A stretch of 64,000 bases of DNA from Minisyncoccota bacterium (GCA_958295675.1 OY282360.1:125810-189809), one strand, 5' to 3'; counted from the first letter of the stretch, positions 1-9,675 are shown. The notes: a model not told the origin generated them from the sequence alone. Program-made: numbers and translations.

Positions 1-57
1 ACATATTTAGAAACAAGGAGTATTAACGAAGGTATAAGACAATACATCATAGCATCT

Positions 58-558
58 GTGGAATTGCAAATACATATGAGGTCATTATGGTCACCTGATT
101 TCAAAGACAGAGATATAGCACCGTACAATACCGCAATACTCAGGGAGAATCGCCAACAAGAAAAAGCACCAGATACAGGAGTGAAGGAGGTACAAATTAG
201 AACTGAAAGTGAGAGGGATCAGAAAGGTATGATGGGAGAAGGTGTGAACGAAACAGAAACATCAAAAACAAACATGCAAGGAGTAGAAAGTCATGATAAT
301 GACGATGAAGAATCAATCCATGTAGTACAGGAAGGTGAAGATGACCTATACAGTATATTAGAAGGTCACGGAATGACTGATGCTGAAATTATGAAATTAA
401 TGGAGGTACTGAACGGAGATTCAGAAACAATACATGACATAGGTATTACAAGTGGTAATTTGGACGACATGCATCCGGGTGATAAAATAAATCTTGAAAA
501 AGTGAATGAGATAGTACATGCGGAAAATGCAACAAACATGTTTACTAAAGCTGCGTAG
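58..558 (+). CDS. hypothetical highly acidic low-complexity protein (AT-rich)
   Basis: 166-aa ORF rich in D/E with no recognisable motif, lying upstream of tuf. It could be spurious. Confidence 0.25.
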   Translation: MELQIHMRSLWSPDFKDRDIAPYNTAILRENRQQEKAPDTGVKEVQIRTESERDQKGMMGEGVNETETSKTNMQGVESHDNDDEESIHVVQEGEDDLYSILEGHGMTDAEIMKLMEVLNGDSETIHDIGITSGNLDDMHPGDKINLEKVNEIVHAENATNMFTKAA

Positions 559-593
559 ATTTGCTATATCTCACAAAATCATATATTACAATC

Positions 594-622
594 TTGACTG
601 TATTGCGCGGGACAGGTACTAT
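594..622 (+). promoter_or_regulatory. sigma70-like promoter candidate upstream of tuf (TTGACT-17-TACTAT)
   Basis: -35/-10 hexamers with a 17-nt spacer, ~160 nt upstream of the tuf ATG. Confidence 0.35.
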
Positions 623-779
623 ACAAGTGTCGTGTAAACGGCAAACGCATGTGGCTCTTTTTTACGCATTGTCTGACTATTTTAGAGAGATAGAACAGAC
701 AATGAATCAGATGAACAGGACAGTGAAAAATCCTTGATTGCAAACATTATTTATATTTACTTTACAGAGGATATATACT

Positions 780-1970
780 ATGGCAGAAATATTTGACAGA
801 AGCAAACCCCATGTGAATGTGGGAACCGTGGGTCATGTTGACCACGGAAAGACAACACTCACCGCGGCTATTCTTACTGTTTTGGATAAGACGGAAGGAT
901 ACAGTGCGCGCGTGAAAGGTGTTGACGGTATTGACAATGCGCCTGAGGAGAAGGCGCGTGGCATTACCATCGCACTTTCTCATAATGAATACGAGACCCC
1001 GAAGCGACACTACGCCCATGTTGACGCGCCCGGTCACGCTGATTACATCAAGAATATGATTACCGGCGCGGCACAGATGGACGGTGCGGTTATCGTGGTT
1101 GCTGCGTCTGACGGTGCTATGCCGCAGACCAAAGAGCATATTCTACTCGCGCGACAGGTCGGTGTACCGAACCTTATTGTCTTCATTAATAAGTGCGACA
1201 TGGTGGATGACCCTGAAATTATTGACTTGGTTGAGGCAGAGATGCGAGAACTGCTCACTAAATACGAGTTTGACGGCGACAATGCGCCGGTTATTCGTGG
1301 TTCAGGGCTGAAAGCACTGGAAGATCCGTCAGGCGAACATGGACAAAAAATACTTGACTTGGTGAATGCTATGGATGAATACTTTCCAGAGCCGAAACGG
1401 GATACGGATAAGCCGTTCCTTATGCCGATTGAGGATGTGTTCTCAATTGAAGGTCGAGGAACAGTGGTTACCGGTAAGATTGAGCGTGGTATTGTGAAAG
1501 TAGATGAGGAAATTGAGATTGTCGGCATCAAAGAAACAAGCAAAACAACAGTAACTGGCGTTGAGATGTTCAATAAACAGCTTGACGAGGGACGCGCGGG
1601 AGATAATGCAGGTCTGTTGCTTCGCGGTGTGAAAAAAGAAGAAGTACACCGAGGGCAGGTACTGGCAAAACAGGGTACAGTGACACCACACAAGGAATTT
1701 GAAGCGGAGATTTACATCCTTTCCAAAGATGAGGGCGGACGACACACGCCGATTCTGAACGGATACAAACCGCAATTCTACATTCGTACCACAGATGTGA
1801 CCGGTGAGTTGAAACTTCCGCAAGGGACGGAAATGGCAATGCCGGGTGATACAATTCAGGCAAACATTTCCCTCATAAATCCCGTTGCGCTTGAAGAGCG
1901 GCAGCGGTTCGCTATCCGCGAGGGTGGCAAGACGGTCGGAGCAGGAGTAGTGACAAAAATTGTCTCCTAA
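780..1970 (+). CDS. tuf: elongation factor Tu
   Basis: [11 protein letters not shown]-loop and DAPGHADY motifs over a full-length EF-Tu. The ORF-track start at 738 was trimmed to the ATG giving [11 protein letters not shown]. Confidence 0.95.
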   Translation: MAEIFDRSKPHVNVGTVGHVDHGKTTLTAAILTVLDKTEGYSARVKGVDGIDNAPEEKARGITIALSHNEYETPKRHYAHVDAPGHADYIKNMITGAAQMDGAVIVVAASDGAMPQTKEHILLARQVGVPNLIVFINKCDMVDDPEIIDLVEAEMRELLTKYEFDGDNAPVIRGSGLKALEDPSGEHGQKILDLVNAMDEYFPEPKRDTDKPFLMPIEDVFSIEGRGTVVTGKIERGIVKVDEEIEIVGIKETSKTTVTGVEMFNKQLDEGRAGDNAGLLLRGVKKEEVHRGQVLAKQGTVTPHKEFEAEIYILSKDEGGRHTPILNGYKPQFYIRTTDVTGELKLPQGTEMAMPGDTIQANISLINPVALEERQRFAIREGGKTVGAGVVTKIVS

Positions 1971-2002
1971 TCCGCCGATGTTATTTGATTCCACAAATCT
2001 AT

Positions 2003-2350
2003 ATGCCGAGTCAATCAAAGACCGTGAAGAAACAGAACGACATTCATAAACTGCGCATCCGTGTGCAGGCATATGAGCCGCGCGTGCTGGACTCTTCAGT
2101 AAAGCAGATAATAGAGACAGCAACCCGTCTTGAGACGACCGTTGTCGGTCCTATCCCTCTTCCGACTAAGATTAAGAAATATTCTGTGAACAGAGCTCCG
2201 TTTGTGTTCAAAACATCTCAGGAACAGTTTGAGATGCGCACACATACACGATTGTTAGACATAGAGCGTCCGTCACAGCAGGTGATAGAAGCACTAAGTA
2301 ATCTTTCGCTTCCCGCAGGTGTGTCTATTGAGGCACAAATGTTGTCGTAG
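2003..2350 (+). CDS. rpsJ: 30S ribosomal protein S10
   Basis: LRIRVQAYEPRVLD...GPIPLPTK...RTHTRLLDI signature, immediately after tuf. Confidence 0.9.
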   Translation: MPSQSKTVKKQNDIHKLRIRVQAYEPRVLDSSVKQIIETATRLETTVVGPIPLPTKIKKYSVNRAPFVFKTSQEQFEMRTHTRLLDIERPSQQVIEALSNLSLPAGVSIEAQMLS

Positions 2351-2414
2351 TCGGATATCGCGCATGTCGCGCACTTTGTGCGGATTGTATCCGTACATAT
2401 CACAACATATCAAT

Positions 2415-2972
2415 ATGAAATTCGCATTAGGAAGAAAATTACAGATGACACAACTGTTTGATGAAAACGGGATTGTGCGTCCTGTAACAGCAATTGTGCT
2501 TGAACCACTGACGGTAACATTGCTACGCACCGCGGATCGGGATGGTTATGATGCGGTGCAGGTTGAGTATGGCGACAAGAAATCAAAACTCAAAAAAGAA
2601 TTCCACGGTACCGGAGAGTATGCGATTGGCGATAGTGTTGCCGCAACGGAAGTTTTTAATTCCGGTGATGTGGTGCGGGTCTCTGCTACTTCTAAAGGAA
2701 AGGGGTTTCAAGGTGTTGTGAAACGGCACGGATTTGCAGGCGGTCCGCGCACGCACGGACAAAAACATAATGAACGGCAGCCGGGATCAATAGGATCGGG
2801 TCTGCGCAATCGCGTGCCGAAGGGAACACGCATGGCGGGTCGGACCGGAAATAACCGTGTAACAATAAAGGGCACCAAAGTGGTGATGGTAGATAAGGAT
2901 AGAGGATTACTCCTACTGCACGGTTCAATTCCCGGACGGCGCGGCACATTGGTGGAAATTCAAGGCGTATGA
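2415..2972 (+). CDS. rplC: 50S ribosomal protein L3
   Basis: MTQLFDENG...SKGKGFQGVVKRHGF motif. Start trimmed to the ATG at 2415. Confidence 0.9.
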   Translation: MKFALGRKLQMTQLFDENGIVRPVTAIVLEPLTVTLLRTADRDGYDAVQVEYGDKKSKLKKEFHGTGEYAIGDSVAATEVFNSGDVVRVSATSKGKGFQGVVKRHGFAGGPRTHGQKHNERQPGSIGSGLRNRVPKGTRMAGRTGNNRVTIKGTKVVMVDKDRGLLLLHGSIPGRRGTLVEIQGV

Positions 2973-3727
2973 CAAAAGTGGTAGTATACACACAGGAAGG
3001 CAAAAAAAACAGAGAAGTTGTGCTCCCGCAGCACCTCTTCACCCTACTTTGGTCAGATGCATTGGTACACCAGACGGTAATCGGTATAGCAAATAATCGG
3101 CGAACTGGCGCGCATACTAAGGACAGAGCGGAAGTGCGCGGCGGCGGACGCAAACCGTGGAGACAAAAAGGAACCGACCGCGCACGCCACGGTTCAATTC
3201 GTTCACCGCTGTGGGTCGGTGGCGGTGTGACATTCGGACCGAAGAAGGAAAAAAATTACAGTGTATCACTGAACAAAAAAATGCGCACAAAAGCTTTTTT
3301 CATTGTGCTGTCAGAAAAATTCCGCGACGATGCCATCCTATTTCTTGATTCATTCACTGTGGACACACCTTCGACGAAAACAGCAGCAGCGTGCCTAACC
3401 GCTATTTATGGTGAAGACAGAAAACAAAAAAATCACTGCACAGTTGTGTTTTCGGAAAGTAATGAGGCAATACGGAAGAGCTTCTCAAATCTACAAGGTG
3501 TGAGGACAATCACTCTGCACGCATTTAATGCAGAAGATGCACTTACCGCGGAAAAAATATTGTTTGTGCATCCGGAAAAAACAGTGGAGCACTTGGAAAT
3601 ACGCGGTGCAGGAATAAAGAGCAGCACGGATACCGCAACTGTTTCTGAAAAACATACTGAAAAGAAAGGTGCAAATAAAGTAGAAAAGAAAAATAGAACA
3701 GAAAAAGCAGATAAAAAAGATATATGA
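2969..3727 (+). CDS. rplD: 50S ribosomal protein L4/L1e with K-rich C-terminal extension
   Basis: GGGRKPWRQKGTDRARHGSIRSPLWVGGGVTFGP motif. ATGA overlap with rplC. Confidence 0.9.
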   Translation: MTKVVVYTQEGKKNREVVLPQHLFTLLWSDALVHQTVIGIANNRRTGAHTKDRAEVRGGGRKPWRQKGTDRARHGSIRSPLWVGGGVTFGPKKEKNYSVSLNKKMRTKAFFIVLSEKFRDDAILFLDSFTVDTPSTKTAAACLTAIYGEDRKQKNHCTVVFSESNEAIRKSFSNLQGVRTITLHAFNAEDALTAEKILFVHPEKTVEHLEIRGAGIKSSTDTATVSEKHTEKKGANKVEKKNRTEKADKKDI

Positions 3728-4320
3728 TTTTCGATAAACTATTCAAAAAAGATGATGAAGAAAAAAAGAACGCAGATTTATCTATCGCCGATGATACTGT
3801 TGTGCAGGAAAATAGCGACACAAAACAGAATCTGCAGGAAGATTCAGATGGAGGAACATTTACAGGCACCGCGGCCAACATTCGTCCGTCAGAAAAAAGC
3901 GTAAAAAAATCAAAAAGCATAAAAACAAACAAAGCGTTTGACCTGAAAAGCCGCAAAAACCGGACAAAGCGGATAGTGCACACAAAGCGACCGTTCCATA
4001 GAAAGCAACGCCAAGATGTCAAAACTATGGTTAATGTGTATGATTTAATTGAGCGTCCGGTAGTAACTGAGAAAGTTGCCACTTTATCAGAAAAAAGAAC
4101 TTACGCTTTCTTCATCCGTCCGTCTGCAACAAAACATACAGTTGCAGATGCCGTTGAAGCACTTTATGGTGTTCGCCCAATCAAGGTACGCATAACAAAA
4201 AACGCACCGAAAAAAAAGCGTATTCGTATTGCGGGACGGGAACGGGAATTCGGTGTCACCGCGCGGAGAAAAAAGGCGTATGTATTCTTAAAAGAAGGTG
4301 ATTCAATCCGATTAACATAA
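3724..4320 (+). CDS. rplW: 50S ribosomal protein L23 with ~100-aa K-rich N-terminal extension
   Basis: C-terminal 97 aa are a canonical L23 (YDLIERPVVTEKV...). ATGA overlap with the rplD stop supports the long form. An alternative internal ATG lies at 4027. Confidence 0.8.
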   Translation: MIFDKLFKKDDEEKKNADLSIADDTVVQENSDTKQNLQEDSDGGTFTGTAANIRPSEKSVKKSKSIKTNKAFDLKSRKNRTKRIVHTKRPFHRKQRQDVKTMVNVYDLIERPVVTEKVATLSEKRTYAFFIRPSATKHTVADAVEALYGVRPIKVRITKNAPKKKRIRIAGREREFGVTARRKKAYVFLKEGDSIRLT

Positions 4321-4325
4321 CACAT

Positions 4326-5180
4326 ATGGCAGTAAGAAAATATAAACCAACAACACCCGGAGTACGCAGTACAGTGGTGCCGCTGTACAAACACCTCTTA
4401 TCACAGGGAAATTCACCAAAAAAAATGCTGATCAAAGATACGCATCGCAGTGTCGGACGCAATAGTGATGGTCGCATTACCATGCGGCATCGTGGCGGCG
4501 GTCATAAACGACGCTTCCGCGATATTGATTTTCTACAGGATAAGTTTGACATACCGGCAAGGATAGAAACAATTGAGTATGACCCGAATCGATCCTCGTT
4601 TATCTCACTTATTTGTTACAAAGATGGTGAGCGACGGTATATCCTCACACCTGATGGATTGCATGTGGGTGATACGGTTATCACATCAGAAAAGGCACCA
4701 TTGAAACCGGGCAACAGAACGGTATTAAAAAATATTCCAGTCGGCACCGCGATCTATAATGTGGAGTTAAAAATGCATGGTGGTGCAAAAATTGCCCGAT
4801 CTGCGGGAAATACAGCAACATTACTCGGGCACGACGGCATATTCGCGCATATTAAACTCCCATCACAGGAGGTACGCAAGATGCCTGTTACTTGTTATGC
4901 TTCAATCGGGTCAGTCGGTAATAAAGAACACCATCTGCGTGTGATCGGTAAGGCAGGTCGTCATCGTTGGATGGGTAAACGACCGACTGTCAGGGGTAAT
5001 GCTATGAACGCGGTTGACCATCCGCACGGCGGAGGTGAGGGCAGGCAGGGACGCGGACGCAAGCGCGCGGTGACGAAATGGGGTAAACCGTCCGGTAAGG
5101 GACAGAAAACAAGGAAACCAAAACGGTATTCAGATGCACACATCGTTCGCCGACGCCAATTGATGCGCAGAAAACGATAG
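4326..5180 (+). CDS. rplB: 50S ribosomal protein L2
   Basis: Full-length L2 with GGGHKRRFR and HPHGGGEG motifs. Confidence 0.95.
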   Translation: MAVRKYKPTTPGVRSTVVPLYKHLLSQGNSPKKMLIKDTHRSVGRNSDGRITMRHRGGGHKRRFRDIDFLQDKFDIPARIETIEYDPNRSSFISLICYKDGERRYILTPDGLHVGDTVITSEKAPLKPGNRTVLKNIPVGTAIYNVELKMHGGAKIARSAGNTATLLGHDGIFAHIKLPSQEVRKMPVTCYASIGSVGNKEHHLRVIGKAGRHRWMGKRPTVRGNAMNAVDHPHGGGEGRQGRGRKRAVTKWGKPSGKGQKTRKPKRYSDAHIVRRRQLMRRKR

Positions 5181-5234
5181 AAAGACCATTTTTATTGATT
5201 TTTTTACTATTATTACCGCACAATAATCTAGGTA

Positions 5235-5263
5235 TTGCAATATTCATGTTTTCATGCTATGCT
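5235..5263 (+). promoter_or_regulatory. promoter-like element (TTGCAA-17-TATGCT) inside the rplB-rpsS spacer
   Basis: Hexamers with a 17-nt spacer, followed by a ~230-nt non-coding stretch ending in a strong hairpin. Confidence 0.3.
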
Positions 5264-5465
5264 GGTAAATAGATTGGGAAAGTGCCAATTGAGTGGCTTA
5301 GCCGCAAGCATATCCTGATTTGGCAGATTTGACGGGTTTGTAATTCCGTCATTTCTTTTCTTTTGAACTCAGAGTTGGAGGAAGAATGGTAAGGTCCATC
5401 ATGTCCGCAGTCCCCGAAGCAATTCACTGACCAAACGGCGCCGAGCGGCATCACCCTCAACCAAC

Positions 5466-5495
5466 CCCCCACCGAAACGAATGTTTCGGTGGGGG
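5466..5495 (+). other. perfect 13-bp stem hairpin (CCCCCACCGAAAC-GAAT-GTTTCGGTGGGGG), member of a CCCCACCGAA hairpin family
   Basis: Read directly from the sequence. No T-run follows on either strand. Related hairpins occur at 30036-30068 and 40594-40622. Confidence 0.6.
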
Positions 5496-5636
5496 ATTCT
5501 CATTTAATTACCCTTATGTGGAAATCACGATATTTGTTTAATGCCATTTTTTCTCATATCTAATAGGGGTATAAACTTGCAGAATATACAACCGTCCGCT
5601 ACCATATATAGTATTGCAGGAATAATGCAGTAAAGT

Positions 5637-5978
5637 ATGACACGATCAGTAAGTAAAGGACCGTTTGTTGATTTCAAACTATTGAAAAAAATAACTGGAA
5701 AAAAGCCGGAAGATGCCGGTGTCATTCGCACATGGGCGCGCAGAAGTCAAATTTCCCCCGAAATGATCGGGTTCACTTTCGGCGTGCACAATGGCAAATC
5801 ACATATGGATGTATTAGTCACCGAGGAGATGGTGGGGCACCGCCTCGGTGAGTTCGCACCATCAAAGCGGTTTACTCGGCACGGCGGTAAATTGCAGAAA
5901 GCGACGGATGACGCGAAGAAACAGGCGGAAATCACGGCGGCAAAGGCGGCACGCACCACCACAGAGAACAAGATATAA
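5637..5978 (+). CDS. rpsS: 30S ribosomal protein S19
   Basis: SKGPFVD...[20 protein letters not shown] signature. Confidence 0.95.
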   Translation: MTRSVSKGPFVDFKLLKKITGKKPEDAGVIRTWARRSQISPEMIGFTFGVHNGKSHMDVLVTEEMVGHRLGEFAPSKRFTRHGGKLQKATDDAKKQAEITAAKAARTTTENKI

Positions 5979-5979
5979 T

Positions 5980-6306
5980 ATGAAGGCGACACTTAAAAAT
6001 TACCGGCAATCCCCGAGAAAGGTTCGTTTGGTTGCTGATGCGCTGCGCGGTCGGCGAGTGTCTCATGCGCTTGCTGCATTGCAGTCACTTGATAAAAAAG
6101 TCGCAGGACCGATAGGCAAGTTGATACAATCCGCGATCAGCAACGCAAAGAACGCCGGAAAGACGGATGAACAGACAGCACAACTTGTTATCAGTGGTGT
6201 TGTTGTGAATGAAGGCAGAATGATGAAACGGTACCGTCCGCGCGCGTTTGGTAGAGCAACACCGTTGCGAAAACGGTCCAGCACCATACATATAACATTA
6301 CAGTAA
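5980..6306 (+). CDS. rplV: 50S ribosomal protein L22
   Basis: MKATLKNYRQSPRKVRLVADALRG motif. Start trimmed to the ATG at 5980, directly after the rpsS stop. Confidence 0.9.
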   Translation: MKATLKNYRQSPRKVRLVADALRGRRVSHALAALQSLDKKVAGPIGKLIQSAISNAKNAGKTDEQTAQLVISGVVVNEGRMMKRYRPRAFGRATPLRKRSSTIHITLQ

Positions 6307-6310
6307 ACAT

Positions 6311-6967
6311 ATGACACACACAGCACATCCATACGGTTTTCGGGTCGGTATAACACGCGATTGGCGTGTACAGTGGTTTGCGGCAAGTAGGAATAAGTAT
6401 CGAAAATTATTGCGCGAAGATTACCTGCTCCGCACTTTTCTTGAAAAAGAACTTGAAAACAAATCAGTCAGCACGATATTATTTGAACGGGATAGGGATA
6501 CATTGGGTGTTACTATTAAAACGGCCCGCCCCGGTCTGATTATTGGCAGGGAAGGAATGGGTATTGAGGATCTCATCCGCCGCACAAAACAGTTTGCCAG
6601 AAAAAATGGTTTGAATGAGCATTGCAATATTCGCGTTGAAGAGGTGCGGTATGTGGAACAGGATGCCGCGTTGGTTGCCGAATCAATTGTGGAGTCATTA
6701 AAACGGCATATGCATCACCGCCGCCTGATTAAACACACAATGGAGAAAGTGATGGCGAACAGAAATGCGAAGGGCTGTCGTATTCTTATCGCCGGACGGC
6801 TCGGCGGTGCTGAAATTGCCCGAAGCGAAGAACTGAAACAAGGAAAAATTCCGCTGCAGACATTGCGCGCGGATATTGATTATGCGCACAAGGAAGCGGT
6901 AATGCCCTACGGCATACTTGGTGTCAAGGTGTGGATCTATAAAGGTGATATTGAGAATAAAAAGTAA
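6311..6967 (+). CDS. rpsC: 30S ribosomal protein S3
   Basis: HPYGFRVGITRDW and KH-domain GLIIGREG motifs. Confidence 0.95.
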   Translation: MTHTAHPYGFRVGITRDWRVQWFAASRNKYRKLLREDYLLRTFLEKELENKSVSTILFERDRDTLGVTIKTARPGLIIGREGMGIEDLIRRTKQFARKNGLNEHCNIRVEEVRYVEQDAALVAESIVESLKRHMHHRRLIKHTMEKVMANRNAKGCRILIAGRLGGAEIARSEELKQGKIPLQTLRADIDYAHKEAVMPYGILGVKVWIYKGDIENKK

Positions 6968-6969
6968 AT

Positions 6970-7386
6970 ATGTTGTTTCCCAAGAAAGTAAAATATCGCC
7001 GGCTTCAGCGCAAGCGAACAAATCCGAAAAAGAAGAGAAACGCTTCACGCGGCACAGAACTCAATTTCGGTGTGTATGGTATAAAGGCGATGACACCGGC
7101 AAGAATACGATCAAATCAGATAGAGGCATCCCGCCGGGTTATTTCCCGCATGATGGGAAAAACAGGTCGGATATGGATTCGTATTTTTCCCGACAGACCG
7201 TGGACGCAGAAAGCAGCAGAAGTCGGTATGGGAAAAGGAAAGGGTGATCCGCAGGGTTTTGAAGCGGTTGTTTTACCGGGCAGAATATTATTTGAGATAT
7301 CGGGTGTACCTGAAGAAACGGCGCGAAGTGCCATGCTCAAGGCAGGCAAAAAACTGCCGGTAAAAACAAAGTTTGTAATGAAATAG
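6970..7386 (+). CDS. rplP: 50S ribosomal protein L16
   Basis: MLFPKKVKYRR...GKGKGDPQGF motif. Confidence 0.95.
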   Translation: MLFPKKVKYRRLQRKRTNPKKKRNASRGTELNFGVYGIKAMTPARIRSNQIEASRRVISRMMGKTGRIWIRIFPDRPWTQKAAEVGMGKGKGDPQGFEAVVLPGRILFEISGVPEETARSAMLKAGKKLPVKTKFVMK

Positions 7387-7391
7387 TGCGT

Positions 7392-7640
7392 ATGGCAAAT
7401 AAACAAGAAGAAAAAAAGACAGCCAAGAAAAAAACAAAGCAGCAGATCATTGATGATTTGCGGAAACAGAAGAAAAAATTACAGGAAGCAAGATTCCGTC
7501 TTTCTGCAGAAGCACAGCAAAAAACAAGCAGACACAAGGAACTGCGCAAATCAATAGCGCGCATGACAACCATGCTGACTGCGGTAAAAAAGGAGCAAAA
7601 AACCGGCAATACTCGCGATAATTCAGTTTCTCGTGTATGA
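7392..7640 (+). CDS. rpmC: 50S ribosomal protein L29
   Basis: LRKQKKKLQEARFRLS...IARMTTML pattern. ATG at 7392; the ORF-track GTG is at 7386. Confidence 0.8.
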   Translation: MANKQEEKKTAKKKTKQQIIDDLRKQKKKLQEARFRLSAEAQQKTSRHKELRKSIARMTTMLTAVKKEQKTGNTRDNSVSRV

Positions 7641-7668
7641 TACATATGCAACACAATGTATAAAACAT

Positions 7669-7950
7669 ATGAAACAGGAAAAAAAGACACCAACAAAAGT
7701 AAACAAAAAGACGCTACAGGGAACAGTGGTGTCTTCAAAAATGCAGAGTACTGTTATTGTTGCGGTAAATAGGCATATAAAACATCCGAAATACGGAAAG
7801 TACCGCCGGGTCACGAAGCGGTACAAAGCGCATAATCCTGGAGAAACAATTCCTGTCGGTGAGAAGGTCTCTATAGAATCATGTCGTCCGATATCCAAAG
7901 AGAAACATTTTTGCGTTATCAATACAGAACAAGCAAAGAAAGGAAAATAA
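7669..7950 (+). CDS. rpsQ: 30S ribosomal protein S17
   Basis: TLQGTVVSSKMQSTVIVAV...KHPKYGKY signature. Start trimmed to the ATG at 7669. Confidence 0.9.
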   Translation: MKQEKKTPTKVNKKTLQGTVVSSKMQSTVIVAVNRHIKHPKYGKYRRVTKRYKAHNPGETIPVGEKVSIESCRPISKEKHFCVINTEQAKKGK

Positions 7951-7956
7951 TAGCAT

Positions 7957-8328
7957 ATGATACAGCCCCAAACAATTGTAAGAGTAACTGATAACTCAGG
8001 CGCAAGAATCGCCCGGGTGTTTAAGGTGTTGGGAGGTACGCGCCGCCGGTATGCGCGTATTGGTGATGAAGTGGTATGTTCGGTTCAGGAGGCAGAGCCG
8101 CGCAAGAGCATTAAGAAGAAACAGGTGGTAACCGCCGTGGTAGTGCGTCAAAGAAAACCATACCGTCGTGCGGACGGTTCATATGTATCATTCAGTGAGA
8201 ATGCTGTGGTCATTGTTGACAAAAAAAAGAAAGAGCCGCAGGCAACCCGTATATTCGGTCCGGTACCCCGGGAACTTGAGCGGGTCGGGTATAAGAAAAT
8301 AACCTCAATGGCACCGGAAGTTGTATAG
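7957..8328 (+). CDS. rplN: 50S ribosomal protein L14
   Basis: MIQPQTIVRVTDNSGAR signature. Confidence 0.95.
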   Translation: MIQPQTIVRVTDNSGARIARVFKVLGGTRRRYARIGDEVVCSVQEAEPRKSIKKKQVVTAVVVRQRKPYRRADGSYVSFSENAVVIVDKKKKEPQATRIFGPVPRELERVGYKKITSMAPEVV

Positions 8329-8331
8329 CGT

Positions 8332-8733
8332 ATGAAGATACAGAAAGGAGACACAGTTATGGTAATGAAAGGGTCCGACAAAAAGAAAGTCGGCAATGTA
8401 CTGCATGTTATACCGGACGATGAAAAAGTAATAGTCGCCGGTGTCAATATTCGCACAGCACATAAAAAAGCGCGGACACGCAATGAGAAAGGAACCATTG
8501 AAAAGAAAGAGAGACCGATTAGCATATCTAATGTTCTGGTTATTGATCCAAAGACAAAAGAGCCGTCACGAGTGCAATATACCGGCACCGGAAAGGAGAA
8601 GAAACGAATGACCAAAAAAAACGGCACAATGCTTGAGAAAAAACAAGCAAGAAAAAAGACGGCAAAGAAAACAGTCGTTGCGGCAAAAAGCGAAGAAGAA
8701 AAAAATAAACAAAAGGAACAAAAAGATATATGA
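8332..8733 (+). CDS. rplX: 50S ribosomal protein L24 with K-rich C-terminal extension
   Basis: KOW motif MKIQKGDTVMVMKGSDKKKVG. Confidence 0.9.
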   Translation: MKIQKGDTVMVMKGSDKKKVGNVLHVIPDDEKVIVAGVNIRTAHKKARTRNEKGTIEKKERPISISNVLVIDPKTKEPSRVQYTGTGKEKKRMTKKNGTMLEKKQARKKTAKKTVVAAKSEEEKNKQKEQKDI

Positions 8734-9275
8734 AAACAACAACAGACATAAAGATAGATAAGACATTTGAAATACTCAAAGATGTATTTTCATGGAGTAA
8801 TCCGATGCAAACAACCCGATTGGAGAAAATTGTTGTATCAACAGGTACAGGTCGTGTACGCAAAGAGAAACAAAAAACAGATCTTATACAGGATCGCTTG
8901 ACGGCAATAACCGGACAGAAACCCGCATTTCGAAAAGCTCGCCAGTCAATCGCTTCATTTAAGTTGCGTGAAGGTGAGACAGTCGGATATGCTGTTACAT
9001 TGCGCGGCAGAAAAATGCGTGATTTTCTGGATCGCCTGCTTAATATTTCAATTCCCCGCATGCGTGATTTTCGGGGCATACCCGAATCATCAGTTGATGA
9101 GATGGGAAATCTTACCATAGGTATTTCGGAACACATCATTTTTCCGGAAACACCGGATGAAAATATGCAGGACATCTTCGGTTTGTCAATCACTATCGTT
9201 ACTTCTGCGAAAAATAAAGAAGAAGCATCTAAATTTTTTGAACACATTGGCGTGCCATTCGTTCAAAAGACATAA
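8730..9275 (+). CDS. rplE: 50S ribosomal protein L5
   Basis: ITGQKPAFRKARQSIASFKLREG...NLTIGISEHIIFPE motif. Confidence 0.95.
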   Translation: MKTTTDIKIDKTFEILKDVFSWSNPMQTTRLEKIVVSTGTGRVRKEKQKTDLIQDRLTAITGQKPAFRKARQSIASFKLREGETVGYAVTLRGRKMRDFLDRLLNISIPRMRDFRGIPESSVDEMGNLTIGISEHIIFPETPDENMQDIFGLSITIVTSAKNKEEASKFFEHIGVPFVQKT

Positions 9276-9308
9276 AAAAATACACCACCAGCGAAGTAGT
9301 GGTGGCGT
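9274..9308 (-). terminator. intrinsic terminator (minus-strand sense) for small gene 9379..9561
   Basis: ACACCACC/GGTGGCGT stem with one mismatch. On the minus strand it is followed by a T7 run. It shares flanks with the 9676-9707 copy. Confidence 0.5.
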
Positions 9309-9378
9309 AATATGGTTCGGTGCAATCAATCACCGCACGCAACAATCTCAAACAGCATGGTGCAAAGAACCATTATGA

Positions 9379-9561
9379 TTAATTTGCTAATGCGGATTCA
9401 AAAAAGACCAAAAGAAGAAGGTGTCTCATAGATTCATCCCAGTCAAACACAAGGATGGATGCGCCTAAACAGATAACAGCTGTCAACCCTGTTACGACAC
9501 CAATCAGTAAAACCATGATACTGTTTAAAAAATAACCCGTGAGACGCGTCACTTTTTCCAT
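9379..9561 (-). CDS. small hydrophobic protein (60 aa, 1 predicted TM helix), antisense-embedded in the spc operon
   Basis: ATG preceded by a GGGGGA RBS. It has its own consensus promoter and terminator. No homology recognised. Confidence 0.5.
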   Translation of the reverse strand: MEKVTRLTGYFLNSIMVLLIGVVTGLTAVICLGASILVFDWDESMRHLLLLVFFESALAN

Positions 9562-9611
9562 CGTCGATCCCCCTAGTTTGTTTGCCGAAACCGTTTCAGC
9601 AATCTGATAAT

Positions 9612-9639
9612 ATTATATTAAATAAAATTATTTTGTCAA
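9612..9639 (-). promoter_or_regulatory. consensus sigma70 promoter on the minus strand (TTGACA-16-TATAAT)
   Basis: Perfect hexamers in the reverse complement. ~50 nt upstream of the 9561 start codon. Confidence 0.6.
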
Positions 9640-9675
9640 ATATAGTATGGTGGAGGTGGTATCCCACGAAAGGTA

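Noticed and set aside
762-2123. Several minus-strand and alternative-frame ORFs overlapping tuf (762..1139, 1043..1693, 1443..2123 and others)
   Set aside because: They are antisense shadows of a highly conserved EF-Tu coding region and have no homology.
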